A stretch of DNA of 56,164 nucleotides from the NCBI GenBank assembly GCA_013152275.1, contig JAADGS010000058.1, forward strand, positions 1 through 56,164, written 5' to 3'. A program made the translations under genes and the position numbers. Source of the stretch: Actinomycetota bacterium (GTDB lineage Bacteria; Actinomycetota; Acidimicrobiia; Spongiisociales; UBA4744). Each line of letters opens with the position of its first letter. Positions within the stretch are counted from its first letter, which is position 1. Below, piece by piece: positions 22,180 through 31,283 of the stretch. The notes below the pieces were generated by a model. That model did not search any database, was not told the DNA's origin, and was given only the letters and a program-made list of their open reading frames with translations.

Positions 22180-22640
22180 TTGAGGTGAGCGCGGAGCATC
22201 CACAGCTGCTCCTCGAGCCCTTCGATGATCCCCTGGAGAAGCGCATCGCTGATGACATCGAGATCGGCGACTGTCTGTTGGTTGTCACGCGCCTTCCGTA
22301 CAGCCACCTCCACCCGCTCCGCAATCAGGCGAATGGCGTCTCTGTCGACCAGCCATGTGAGCGGGAACCCGCCACCTGTTCCCTCGTCGCCGACGTCCTG
22401 GGCGCGGCCCTTCGGGATGACGCCGAGGGTAACGATCCGCTCCGCGACACTGTCACTCCAGAGGCGCCAGGCATCGACCAGCACATCGAGGCGCTCGTGA
22501 ACCGACTGGAAACGCTCACCGACGACAGTCCAGTGGGCTTGCTTGCCCAGCAGATGCAAGTCGATCAGATCGATCAGCGTGGGCTGCAAGGCATCGGCCA
22601 CCTTGCCGGCGGTCTCCTCGGGAAGCACGGTCCAACTCAT
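22176..22640 (-). CDS. dps: Dps DNA protection protein
   Basis: KQAHWTVVG, FQSVHERLD, DSVAERI, EEQLWML; GAGGAGG RBS. Confidence 0.9.
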   Translation of the reverse strand: MSWTVLPEETAGKVADALQPTLIDLIDLHLLGKQAHWTVVGERFQSVHERLDVLVDAWRLWSDSVAERIVTLGVIPKGRAQDVGDEGTGGGFPLTWLVDRDAIRLIAERVEVAVRKARDNQQTVADLDVISDALLQGIIEGLEEQLWMLRAHLK

Positions 22641-22663
22641 AACAATCCTCCTCAAACTGGCTT

Positions 22664-22706
22664 TTTGACTGAGTCTAAGCTAGTTGGTGAATTGGACATA
22701 GTCAAA
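22664..22706 (-). promoter_or_regulatory. dps-fur promoter with two palindromic FurA/CatR-like boxes
   Basis: TTTGACTGAGTCTAA (22664-22678) and TTGGACATAGTCAAA (22692-22706); minus-strand TTGACT-N17-TAGCTT overlaps them. Confidence 0.7.
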
Positions 22707-22798
22707 TATAGGGGTTCACTGCCGGTCTCACCCGCCCACACGCTCGGTCACCGCCGCGAGCGTGCAATCGTCAGGAGACGGCCGGGCGAGACACGCGA

Positions 22799-22969
22799 TC
22801 AGCCGTGTTCGGTGAACAGCCTCGGCAGCGGGCTTTCGTGCCCGGACTTCGCGACCGTGCGCGGCACCGGTCTGATACTCACGTGGCCACATTCCGAGCA
22901 GACCGAACGTTCCAGGCCCGGCCCGATACGCTGAACGACCTGATCGTGCTTGTGGGCTCTTGCCATCAT
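22799..22969 (-). CDS. 56-aa hypothetical protein with H-x-H...CSECGH motif
   Basis: ATG overlaps the upstream TGA (ATGA); MMARAHKHDQVVQRIGPGLERSVCSECGHVSI. Confidence 0.55.
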   Translation of the reverse strand: MMARAHKHDQVVQRIGPGLERSVCSECGHVSIRPVPRTVAKSGHESPLPRLFTEHG

Positions 22970-23640
22970 CCGTCGACCTGTCCCACGTCGTAGATCCGTA
23001 CCGTCATCTTCCATGTGCGTGCACCATCGACAAGGGTGTAGCCGGTCAGATCGCCGCCCGGCTGGAAGGTGATCGTCGCATCGGTGAGGGTTCCCGCGGC
23101 CGATGCGTCCGACAGCCCGCTTCCTTGAAGCACCGCCCCCTTGAGCGTTCCGCTCACCTCGCCATCCCCGGTGACCGTCGCTCCTTCGAGGTCGCGCAGA
23201 AGCAGCAGTGAAGGGGCGTCTGCCGCCTCTCCAAGAGGAACTTCGGTCGTCCCGGAGGGAGTGGTGACCGTGGCCACACCGTCTTTGACGGTGGTCGTCA
23301 TTTCCTGGCCGCCCGACCTGGTCACCAGTTCGCGGTCGGTGCCATTCACCCATCCGGACAGATCCACCGAGACCAAGCCGGACTGTGTCTGCGCCTGGAT
23401 GGTTGCTTCGAAACGGTATGCCGAGACGGCGAGCGTCCTGTCCAGCGCATCGATGTACGGTGCGAGCTCCGTCGAAACAGTCGTCGTCGGTGCGGGTGCC
23501 GTTGTCGACGTGGTCGACGTCGACACGGTCTGAGTCGGCTCTGCAGACGGAACCGACGAGGTCGGAACCTCTGCGGCCGGGCCGCCGCAGGCCGCGACCA
23601 CGAGTGCTGCCATGGCCAAGAACGCGATCCTTCGGTACAT
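22966..23640 (-). CDS. Lipoprotein (possibly LppX/LprAFG-like)
   Basis: Lipobox VAAC, Ser/Thr linker, beta-rich domain. Confidence 0.7.
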   Translation of the reverse strand: MYRRIAFLAMAALVVAACGGPAAEVPTSSVPSAEPTQTVSTSTTSTTAPAPTTTVSTELAPYIDALDRTLAVSAYRFEATIQAQTQSGLVSVDLSGWVNGTDRELVTRSGGQEMTTTVKDGVATVTTPSGTTEVPLGEAADAPSLLLLRDLEGATVTGDGEVSGTLKGAVLQGSGLSDASAAGTLTDATITFQPGGDLTGYTLVDGARTWKMTVRIYDVGQVDG

Positions 23641-23663
23641 CTGATCTCTCCTACTGTGTCCGA

Positions 23664-24497
23664 CTAGGGATGTTCCGGCTCGTCGGCATCACTCGAGGCG
23701 CCGGCCTCAGATGCTTCGTCGTCGGTATTCTCACCGCTGCCGACATCGGTCGGCTCCTCAGGTTCCGTCGGCTCCGAGACGGTGGTCTCATCTTCCTCCG
23801 GAGCCGAGACCGAAGCCGAAGAACCAGACTCCGCGTCGTCGGAACCCTCGACCTGCTCCGCATCCGAGCCATCCGAGACTTCGGCGATACCGTCTTGCGA
23901 ACCCTCGACCTGCTCCGCATCCGAGCCATCCGAAGACTCGACACCACCCTCCCCGAAGCCCTCGATGGATGACCCTGCCGGACCCTCCACTTCCTCCTCG
24001 ACAAGTCCCGTCGAGTTCGGTTCGACTTCCTGCTTGAGGGTTTCCAGCTCTCCGGAGAGCGCACTGCCGTCTGGAGCGGCCGCCACCGCGACGGCGGCTT
24101 CTTGGAGTGCGCGAACGATCTCGGACGGGTCGTCGCCCCTGGCCATCAGCCCCGACACCTCTTCGAGACGGTGGCGGGCCGGAACCAATGGATCGAATAC
24201 TGCCTGGACACGCTCGACAACCCGCTTGGCCGGATAGAGCGAGTCGCCGGGAAGCGACCCTTGCGCTGCAAACGCTACACCGGCGGGCCCCAGGGTCATC
24301 GTGGCAATCAACAGACCGGTGATCCTGCGCCGAAGCGATGTCGACCACCGAGTGCGGGTCGCCGGGACCACAACCGGCGCAGATTCGATCGCCTCGGCAA
24401 TCGCGTTCAGGTGAGCGGCGCGCGCCTCGTCCGAAATCTGGAACTTCGTCCGATCCTCGAGCATCCGTGTCAACTGTTGTCGCTTCATGGCTTTCAT
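23664..24497 (-). CDS. Membrane anti-sigma factor, DUF5667-like, with acidic tail
   Basis: Overlaps sigma stop (ATGA); TM helix then SLPGDSLYPAKRVVERVQ; SDGSDAEQVEGS twice, 57 bp apart. Confidence 0.75.
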   Translation of the reverse strand: MKAMKRQQLTRMLEDRTKFQISDEARAAHLNAIAEAIESAPVVVPATRTRWSTSLRRRITGLLIATMTLGPAGVAFAAQGSLPGDSLYPAKRVVERVQAVFDPLVPARHRLEEVSGLMARGDDPSEIVRALQEAAVAVAAAPDGSALSGELETLKQEVEPNSTGLVEEEVEGPAGSSIEGFGEGGVESSDGSDAEQVEGSQDGIAEVSDGSDAEQVEGSDDAESGSSASVSAPEEDETTVSEPTEPEEPTDVGSGENTDDEASEAGASSDADEPEHP

Positions 24498-25099
24498 TCG
24501 TGCGTCCTCCCATACGCAGGCTCACCTTTCACGGGTTCAGACGCCGCAGAACCGTCGGATTCGACTGGTGAGAGCGCTCGACGCAACGAAGCTTCGGCGC
24601 GCGCGATCATCGCGTAGACGGCCACCCTGTTGGAACCGACGACTTGGGCCACCTCCGCACCCGACATTCCCACCACATGGCGCAGCAACACGACGGTTTG
24701 CTGATGGGGAGTGAGCGCTGCGAACGCCGCCTCGAGATCGGGGCCGAACGGCACGTCGATTGGATCCACTTCCTGGGTCTCCGGTTCGGGAAGCTCATCC
24801 ATGAGCTGTTCGGGTCGCCTGGATCGGCGGCGGATCTCATCCAGACACGTAAACCTCACACTGCGATACAGCCAGGCTCGAACGGAACGGCCATCTCCCA
24901 CGAGATCGGGCGCAGCCTTGACGAACTCCAGGAACGCCTGTTGGACGGCGTCCTCTGCTGCAAGACGGTCGCGCAGCATCCCAAATGCAAATCTACCGAG
25001 TGAACCGGAGAGAGCTTCATACAGCCGTCTGAACGCGGCAGGATCCCGCCTCCGGAGAGCAGGAACGAGTGCATCGAGGTCCATCTCGTTTTCTGGCAT
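24494..25099 (-). CDS. ECF RNA polymerase sigma factor
   Basis: AAEDAVQQAF, RAWLY, LDEIRRRSRR, LTPHQQTVVLLR..GMSGAEVAQVVG. Confidence 0.9.
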   Translation of the reverse strand: MPENEMDLDALVPALRRRDPAAFRRLYEALSGSLGRFAFGMLRDRLAAEDAVQQAFLEFVKAAPDLVGDGRSVRAWLYRSVRFTCLDEIRRRSRRPEQLMDELPEPETQEVDPIDVPFGPDLEAAFAALTPHQQTVVLLRHVVGMSGAEVAQVVGSNRVAVYAMIARAEASLRRALSPVESDGSAASEPVKGEPAYGRTHE

Positions 25100-25115
25100 C
25101 AACCTTGTCGATTCC

Positions 25116-25148
25116 GGCGGGAGGCGCCCCTTGTGGACGCCTCCCGCC
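25116..25148. terminator. GC-rich hairpin downstream of the acidic secreted protein gene
   Basis: GGCGGGAGGCGCCCC-TTGT-GGACGCCTCCCGCC. Confidence 0.6.
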
Positions 25149-25171
25149 TCTTGGTCTCTTGGCTTTCCCGT

Positions 25172-26032
25172 CTAGCTGTTTGCACTCGTGGTCACGGTCG
25201 ACGCCGCTCCTTCATCGGAGCCCTCGTCCGAACTCGAATCGGATTCCGAGTCCGATTCCTCATGATCGGACTTGCTGTCGTCGCCCGACACCTGCTCGGA
25301 GTCCTGCTCATCACCCGACACCTGATCGGAGTCCTGGTCGTCGGCCGAGATCTCCTCAGAGTCCTGCTCATCACCCGAGATCTCCTCGGAGTCCTGCTCA
25401 TCACCCGAGATCTCCTCAGAGTCCTGCTCGTCGGCCGAAATCACCTCGGAGTCCTGCTCGTCGGCCGAAATCTCCTCGTCGGAGGACATACCCGCTTCGG
25501 GACTCGAGACAGTCGCCTCGAACGCTCCGTCATCTGCGTTGATCTCGATCGTGACCGAGCCGTCGTCTGCGGTGAGTTTCAGGTGCCCATCGTCTGTTTC
25601 CAGCGTGAAGCCATCCGGCTGGTCCATCGACAGGGAGCCATCGTCGGCAACCGTGATCGTGAAGCTGTACGTGCCGATCGTCACGATGTGGTCACCGGGC
25701 TCCAGTTGCCCCAAATCGACCTTGACCTCACTATCGAACGTTCCGTCTTCGACCTCGACTTCGATCGACAAGCTGTCCGTGGCAAGCACGAACTCACCAT
25801 CGTCACTCGTCGATGCGACGAGATCGACGAGATCCGTGAAACCCTCCGGCGCCGCCGTAACCGTGACCGTGCCGCCGTCGACGCTCAGCGTGACGTCTCC
25901 CACTCCGGGCACCGTCAAGGTGTAATCGCCGTTTGCCAATGCCTCGTCGGCACCGGCAACACTCATGATCCCGACCGTGGCCAGCGTCAGGGCTGCCATC
26001 GTCAGAAGTATCCAGAAACTCCGCCGCATCAT
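25172..26032 (-). CDS. Secreted highly acidic protein with 10-aa repeats
   Basis: Signal peptide; AAGGAGG RBS; (DEQDSEEISG)n tail. Confidence 0.8.
   Translation of the reverse strand: MMRRSFWILLTMAALTLATVGIMSVAGADEALANGDYTLTVPGVGDVTLSVDGGTVTVTAAPEGFTDLVDLVASTSDDGEFVLATDSLSIEVEVEDGTFDSEVKVDLGQLEPGDHIVTIGTYSFTITVADDGSLSMDQPDGFTLETDDGHLKLTADDGSVTIEINADDGAFEATVSSPEAGMSSDEEISADEQDSEVISADEQDSEEISGDEQDSEEISGDEQDSEEISADDQDSDQVSGDEQDSEQVSGDDSKSDHEESDSESDSSSDEGSDEGAASTVTTSANS
25281..25478. repeat. 30-bp coding tandem repeat, about 6.6 copies
   Basis: TCACCCGAGATCTCCTCGGAGTCCTGCTCA-like units at 30-bp period. Confidence 0.9.
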
Positions 26033-26138
26033 CTTCCTCCTTGAAGGACGTCTACGCCGGTACAGACGAATATCGACAATCAGATTCGACGGCTTGATCG
26101 AAACTTCTCAGCACGTGCCTGCAAGACGATCGAAAGTG

Positions 26139-27284
26139 TCAGTCGAGCGAGGCCGCAACCTTCTCGGCCTTCCGCAACACTCGGAGCGCGTTCTTCCCGA
26201 GGACCTTGCGGATCGCCTGCTCATCCCAGCCTCTGCCGAGAAGCTCGGCGGTGATGTTCGGGTAGCACGAAACGTCCTCCAGCCCCGCTGGAACGACATC
26301 GATGCCATCGAAGTCGCTTCCGAGCCCGACATGATCAACGCCCGCGACGTGGACGGCGTGTTCGATATGGTCGACGACATCGGCCACGGATCCCGCGTCG
26401 ATCGGATCATCCTCGGCCATGCGCCGCATCGCCTCCTCGAGTGCCTCGTCGTCGCTCAGTTCGCCGTGGAGGCGTCTCGCTTCGGCGAACAATCCGAGTG
26501 ACTTCTCCGCCGCTTCACCAGTGAGGAACCCCGAATAGAAGTTGATCATCACGACGCCACCCGAACGCCCGACCGCTTCGAGAACATCGTCGGGAATGTT
26601 GCGAGGGTGCGCAGCCAACGCAGCGGCGCTCGAGTGCGAAGCGATCACCGGGGCTGCCGACACCTCCAGGGCATCCCACATCGTGTCGATCGACACGTGA
26701 GAGATATCGACGAGCATCGCGAGCCGATTCATCTCCCGCACCACATCTCTGCCGAAGTCGGTCAGACCACCGTGTCGTGGCTCGTCCGTCGCGGAATCGG
26801 CCCAATCGATCGTGTCGATGTGTGTGAGCGTCATGTAGCGCACACCGAGATCGCCGAGCGCCCTCAACGCAGGTAGCGAGTTCTCGATGCTGTGTCCACC
26901 CTCGGCTCCGAGCAACCCCGCGACCCGGCCGGAAGCCCGGATGCGTTCGACCTCATCGGAACCGACGGCCAGTTCCGTCCACCCGGGAGCCATCGCCAAC
27001 ATCCGCCGAACCAGGTCGATCTGCTCGATGGTCTCACGCAGTGGCGACTTGCTCCACGCAGGCACGTACACGGACCAGAACTGCGCGCCGACACCACCCT
27101 CGCGTAGCCGAGGGAAATCGGTGTGATACCCGTCGAGATGGGTTCGAGGATCGGCAACGTCGAGCGAACCACCGGCACGCATCCTGATCGCCCACGGCAG
27201 GTCGTTGTGACCATCCACGACGGGGAGATCTCGATGGATGCGACGGGCAGCTGCCTGTCCCGTTCTCGTGACGTTCAACAGCAA
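26139..27284 (-). CDS. M19 family dipeptidase; start uncertain
   Basis: VDGHNDLP, GAEGGH, MTLTH, DISHVS, SHSSA, RNIPD, GLGSDFDG. Confidence 0.88.
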   Translation of the reverse strand: MLLNVTRTGQAAARRIHRDLPVVDGHNDLPWAIRMRAGGSLDVADPRTHLDGYHTDFPRLREGGVGAQFWSVYVPAWSKSPLRETIEQIDLVRRMLAMAPGWTELAVGSDEVERIRASGRVAGLLGAEGGHSIENSLPALRALGDLGVRYMTLTHIDTIDWADSATDEPRHGGLTDFGRDVVREMNRLAMLVDISHVSIDTMWDALEVSAAPVIASHSSAAALAAHPRNIPDDVLEAVGRSGGVVMINFYSGFLTGEAAEKSLGLFAEARRLHGELSDDEALEEAMRRMAEDDPIDAGSVADVVDHIEHAVHVAGVDHVGLGSDFDGIDVVPAGLEDVSCYPNITAELLGRGWDEQAIRKVLGKNALRVLRKAEKVAASLD

Positions 27285-27311
27285 CTATCCGTACGAACCG
27301 TCACGAGAACG
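27261..27311. repeat. 51-bp REP-like palindrome CGTTCTCGTGACG...CGTCACGAGAACG, copy A
   Basis: 13-bp perfect arms; same element at 32912 and 38066. Confidence 0.88.
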
Positions 27312-28215
27312 AGACCGGTCGTTGCGGTTTCTCGTTCACGACGAGCTGGAATACGTCCGGCCGGGCGTAATGGCCAACCACATCGAGGTCGAATGTCGCG
27401 CGGGGGATCTCGCTCAAGTCGACATCCGCGATGAGGACCGCCTCACCGTCACGATATGGTTCGACGAGGAATGTCCCGTGCGGGTCGACGATACAACTCC
27501 CCCCACCGATCAACACCTGGCTCGGTTCGGCGCCGATCGGATAGTCGTCCGGATAATCCGCTCGGGTGGTGTATTGGCCGACAGAAACAACAAAGCAGCG
27601 TCCTTCGAGAGCGATGTGCCGCATCGATGCAGCCCACCGTTCCCGATCGTCGACAGTGGGAGCGCACCAGATCTGCACACCTTTCGCGTAGAGGGCGGCG
27701 CGATAGAGCGGCAGGTAGTTCTCCCAGCAGATCGCCGCGCCGAGCCGACCGACCGACGTCTCGATCACCGGCATCGTCGAACCGTCGCCGAATCCCCAGA
27801 TGAGACGTTCGGCGGCCGTTGGCATGAGCTTGCGGTGGGTACCGAGCATCGCCCCATCGGGACCGAAGAACACCGCCGTGCAGTAGAGCGTTCCGCCGTC
27901 GCGTTCGATGACTCCGACGATCAGATGCACGCCGTACTCGGCGGCAGCCGCACCGATCCGCTCCGACTCGAGACCCGGGAGATCGATCGCCGATTCCCAG
28001 TATCGGCGGAACCAATCACGGCCTTCCTCGGTCCGAGAGCCGACGACCGTGCCGAAATCATGGCCCTTCGGATACCCGCCGACGAACGCCTCCGGGAACA
28101 CGACGATGTCTGAACCCCCTTCGGCCGCCTCTGCAACGAGCCGTTCCAGCTTGGTGAGCGTCGCCGGCGTATCAAACGCGATCGACCCGGCCTGCACCGC
28201 AGCAATCCGAACCAT
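27301..28215 (-). CDS. Nitrilase (carbon-nitrogen hydrolase)
   Basis: VFPEAFVGGYP, HRKLMPTAAER, ICWENY triad, DVVGHYARPD. Confidence 0.9.
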   Translation of the reverse strand: MVRIAAVQAGSIAFDTPATLTKLERLVAEAAEGGSDIVVFPEAFVGGYPKGHDFGTVVGSRTEEGRDWFRRYWESAIDLPGLESERIGAAAAEYGVHLIVGVIERDGGTLYCTAVFFGPDGAMLGTHRKLMPTAAERLIWGFGDGSTMPVIETSVGRLGAAICWENYLPLYRAALYAKGVQIWCAPTVDDRERWAASMRHIALEGRCFVVSVGQYTTRADYPDDYPIGAEPSQVLIGGGSCIVDPHGTFLVEPYRDGEAVLIADVDLSEIPRATFDLDVVGHYARPDVFQLVVNEKPQRPVSFS

Positions 28216-28260
28216 CGCCGGCCTTTCCTCGACACTCGACGCAACCCTACCCTTTTGGGC

Positions 28261-29229
28261 TCACCCCTCCGAGCGTATCCTCCCGATGGACGCGAGGCGC
28301 AAGAGGGCACGAGCGAAAAAGAGAAGATTGAGCACAACCAGCACTCCTCCGACGACGAGCAGTATCGGGGCACTCACCCCTGAGGCTATGGACTCGAGCC
28401 AGCGGACGAGCGGGGCACCCGGATCCTCTGTGAGCTCATGGGCGAAGATCGAACGGATGAAATCGACCGGACCGGCAAGCGTTGCCGCGACGACGAACAA
28501 ACCCGACACGAGGCCGATCACGCTCGCGACGACACCCAACGCTGCGCTTCGCCGGCCTTCGACCGTCGCGGGCACGTCGTTTCGCTGCAGATCCCATGCC
28601 GCCAAGACGATGTCACCGAACATGCGGAGCCTGCGCATCAAGCCCGGCCAAAACCCATACTTCTCTTCCTTCACCGTTTGTGAAATCCCCCGGAACACTC
28701 GATACCTGAGCCCTTTGCCGTAGTACACGGCATAGAAGTTGAGCCCCGCTTCGATCCGGAACCGAACCTTGTACCGGTCGGGAAGCTGCTCCCACAGCCG
28801 TTTGGTGACCGCACGTTCACCTCCGAGGAGCGGGATGAAACGCATCAGCAGGCGCAGGTAGTAGATCTTGCGGTTGCGCATGAGAATGAACATCTCGCAG
28901 GAACCGTCGAGCACCGGTTGCACGGTCTCGGCGATCATCTCATGGGTCAGCCCGTCGATATCGGCGTCGGCAAAGAAGATCACATCGGTTCTCGCGTGCG
29001 CCACGCCAACGTCCATGGCGTGACCCTTGCCCTGATTCGGCTCGATACGCAGATAGGTGACCGGGTAGGCGGCAACAACATCTGCGGTGCCGTCGGTCGA
29101 CCCGTCGTCGACAACGATGACCTCTTCAAAACCCCGATAGGTCGTCAGCACATCGAGTACTCGCCCGATACGGGGGGCCTCGTTGTACGCGGCGACGATC
29201 GCCGTCACGCCTCGGTGCGGCGCATCCAT
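28261..29229 (-). CDS. GT2 glycosyltransferase with two C-terminal TM helices
   Basis: IVAAYNEA, VVDDGSTDGT, NQGKGHA, FADAD. Confidence 0.85.
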   Translation of the reverse strand: MDAPHRGVTAIVAAYNEAPRIGRVLDVLTTYRGFEEVIVVDDGSTDGTADVVAAYPVTYLRIEPNQGKGHAMDVGVAHARTDVIFFADADIDGLTHEMIAETVQPVLDGSCEMFILMRNRKIYYLRLLMRFIPLLGGERAVTKRLWEQLPDRYKVRFRIEAGLNFYAVYYGKGLRYRVFRGISQTVKEEKYGFWPGLMRRLRMFGDIVLAAWDLQRNDVPATVEGRRSAALGVVASVIGLVSGLFVVAATLAGPVDFIRSIFAHELTEDPGAPLVRWLESIASGVSAPILLVVGGVLVVLNLLFFARALLRLASIGRIRSEG

Positions 29230-29840
29230 ATCCAGCCCCTCTTCGCAACGAACCCGACGACCGCCACAACGAGCAAGAATATCTCGGCACGCGGGACATT
29301 GCGCTGCAGAACCTCGAGCTGTGTCCCGGCGACCCATCCGAGAGGGAGCAGCACACCGAGCCACAGCATCGCCCCGATGGCATCGAACATGACGAATCTC
29401 CGGGTCGGGACCTCTTTCACCGACATGTAGACCAGTGACAGCACCCTGGTGCCATAGAGGAGTTTCACGAACAACAACCCACGATGGGGGTGGTCACCCA
29501 CCCACCGGTCGAGCTTGTCGACGACCCTGTCGAACCGGACGAGCCGATCGGGATCCCGGCGGATCCGTGCAAGCGTCTTCCCCGACATCGAGAACCACAT
29601 CGTGTCCGACACCACCGTTCCCAGCAGCGCCCATCCAAAGACCGAAGGAAGATCCCAGTGCCCCTGCGACGCGAGCGCTCCCGCCGCCAGCACCACCGAA
29701 TCGCCAAGGATGAATGTTCCCAAGAACACGACCCAGGAGCGATAGATGATGAGGGAAGAAAGCACGAACATCCCGAACGAGCGGTTGAGCAACCATAGCG
29801 GGTCGACGATCAAGGAACTTCGACGGCACGCCGGCACCAC
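29205..29840 (-). CDS. DedA family membrane protein
   Basis: GDSVVLAAGALA, GTVVSDTMWF, KLLYGTR, RFVMFDAIGAMLW; start uncertain. Confidence 0.75.
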   Translation of the reverse strand: MVPACRRSSLIVDPLWLLNRSFGMFVLSSLIIYRSWVVFLGTFILGDSVVLAAGALASQGHWDLPSVFGWALLGTVVSDTMWFSMSGKTLARIRRDPDRLVRFDRVVDKLDRWVGDHPHRGLLFVKLLYGTRVLSLVYMSVKEVPTRRFVMFDAIGAMLWLGVLLPLGWVAGTQLEVLQRNVPRAEIFLLVVAVVGFVAKRGWIWMRRTEA

Positions 29841-29879
29841 CTCCGAAGGCGAACGTCGGAACGATCGTCGTCCTGCTGC

Positions 29880-31283
29880 TCAGGTTCCGTACCGAGAGCC
29901 GGTCGCGGGCAGGTCGATGCGAAGGACTGCACCCGGGAATCGATCGTCATCCACAACGTGCACGGTGCCACCATGCGCTTCGACGATGGCTTTCACCACT
30001 GCGAGACCGAGACCAGTGCCTCCCGCGGCGCGAGACCGTGCATCGTCGAGACGCACGAAACGATCGAAGATCTCTTCACGACGGCTCTTGGGGATACCGG
30101 GTCCGTCATCGGCAATCAACAAGTACGAAGAACCGCTGCCTCCACCGCTCTCGACCCACACCCTCTTGTCGGCATGTCGAGTGGCGTTGTCGAGAAGGTT
30201 GCGGGCAAGTTGCCTCATCCTTCGCCGATCCAGGTGCACGTACGTGGCGGCAAGGCCCGACACATCGAACGAGACGCCCGAGACGGCCTTCGACCCGACT
30301 TCTTCTCGGACGAGCTCGGCCAGATCGAATGAAGTGCAGTCGAGCTGGAAGTGGTCTTCGTCGGCACGCGACAGTGTGAGAAGATCCTCCACGAGCAGCG
30401 CAAGCCGCCGAGCCTCCCCGGCGACATCCCCCGCGAACTCCTTCATGTCTATCTGCGCACGTGCCGATTCGACCACCTCCGCCATTGTCAGGAGGGATGC
30501 AACCGGGCTCTTCAGTTCATGCGATGCATCGGAAACGAAACGACGTTGCCGGGCGACAGACGACTCGAGACGATCCAGCATGCCGTTGAGCGTCTCGGCA
30601 AGATGGCGGATCTCATCCTGACTATCAGGAACATCTATCCTTCGATCGAGCTTGGCGAGAGTGATGCCTTCCGCCTGAGCGATCATCTTCCCTACAGGCC
30701 TCAGTGACCGGCCGACGAGTCCCCATGTCATCAAGGCGCCGATCATCACCAGCAGCGGGATCCCGACCGCGAGCATGGGTATCAGCGTCGCTATCGCCCT
30801 GTTGACCGACGCCAACGATCCAACGACGACGACTTGATAGACCCCGTTTCCCGACGCTGCTCCGGTGACCGCCATAAGGTACGGGCCCTCCTCATCATGG
30901 TTGTCGCCGACCTCCTGTTCACCCGAGGCGTCGAGCGCGGTCACCTCGGTGAGCCGCAACGCTCCTGCAGGCACCGTGTCGGTGGTAACGGCCTGCTGAC
31001 CCTCGATGTCGAGAGTCGATGCGATGACCGTGCCCGATGCGTCGATGACCTGCGCGGAAGTTCCCCTCACCGACGGAATCGTGCGCGAGAGACCGCCGGA
31101 CACGACAAGACCCGCGATGTCTTGGGATCGAGACGAGACAACGGTCTCCAGGGAACGCGTGAGGTTCGCGCGGGTCAACGCAATGAACACGACTCCCCCG
31201 ACCACGAGCGCCCCGGTGATGACAAGTGTCGCAAGCACCGTGGCTTGGGCTCTCACCCCTTTCGGAAGTGTGAGCCTACGCAT
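29880..31283 (-). CDS. HAMP-domain sensor histidine kinase
   Basis: Two TMs, DEIRHLAETLNGMLDRL, SDASHELKSP, NLLDNA, DDGPGI, GGTGLGLAVV. Confidence 0.92.
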   Translation of the reverse strand: MRRLTLPKGVRAQATVLATLVITGALVVGGVVFIALTRANLTRSLETVVSSRSQDIAGLVVSGGLSRTIPSVRGTSAQVIDASGTVIASTLDIEGQQAVTTDTVPAGALRLTEVTALDASGEQEVGDNHDEEGPYLMAVTGAASGNGVYQVVVVGSLASVNRAIATLIPMLAVGIPLLVMIGALMTWGLVGRSLRPVGKMIAQAEGITLAKLDRRIDVPDSQDEIRHLAETLNGMLDRLESSVARQRRFVSDASHELKSPVASLLTMAEVVESARAQIDMKEFAGDVAGEARRLALLVEDLLTLSRADEDHFQLDCTSFDLAELVREEVGSKAVSGVSFDVSGLAATYVHLDRRRMRQLARNLLDNATRHADKRVWVESGGGSGSSYLLIADDGPGIPKSRREEIFDRFVRLDDARSRAAGGTGLGLAVVKAIVEAHGGTVHVVDDDRFPGAVLRIDLPATGSRYGT

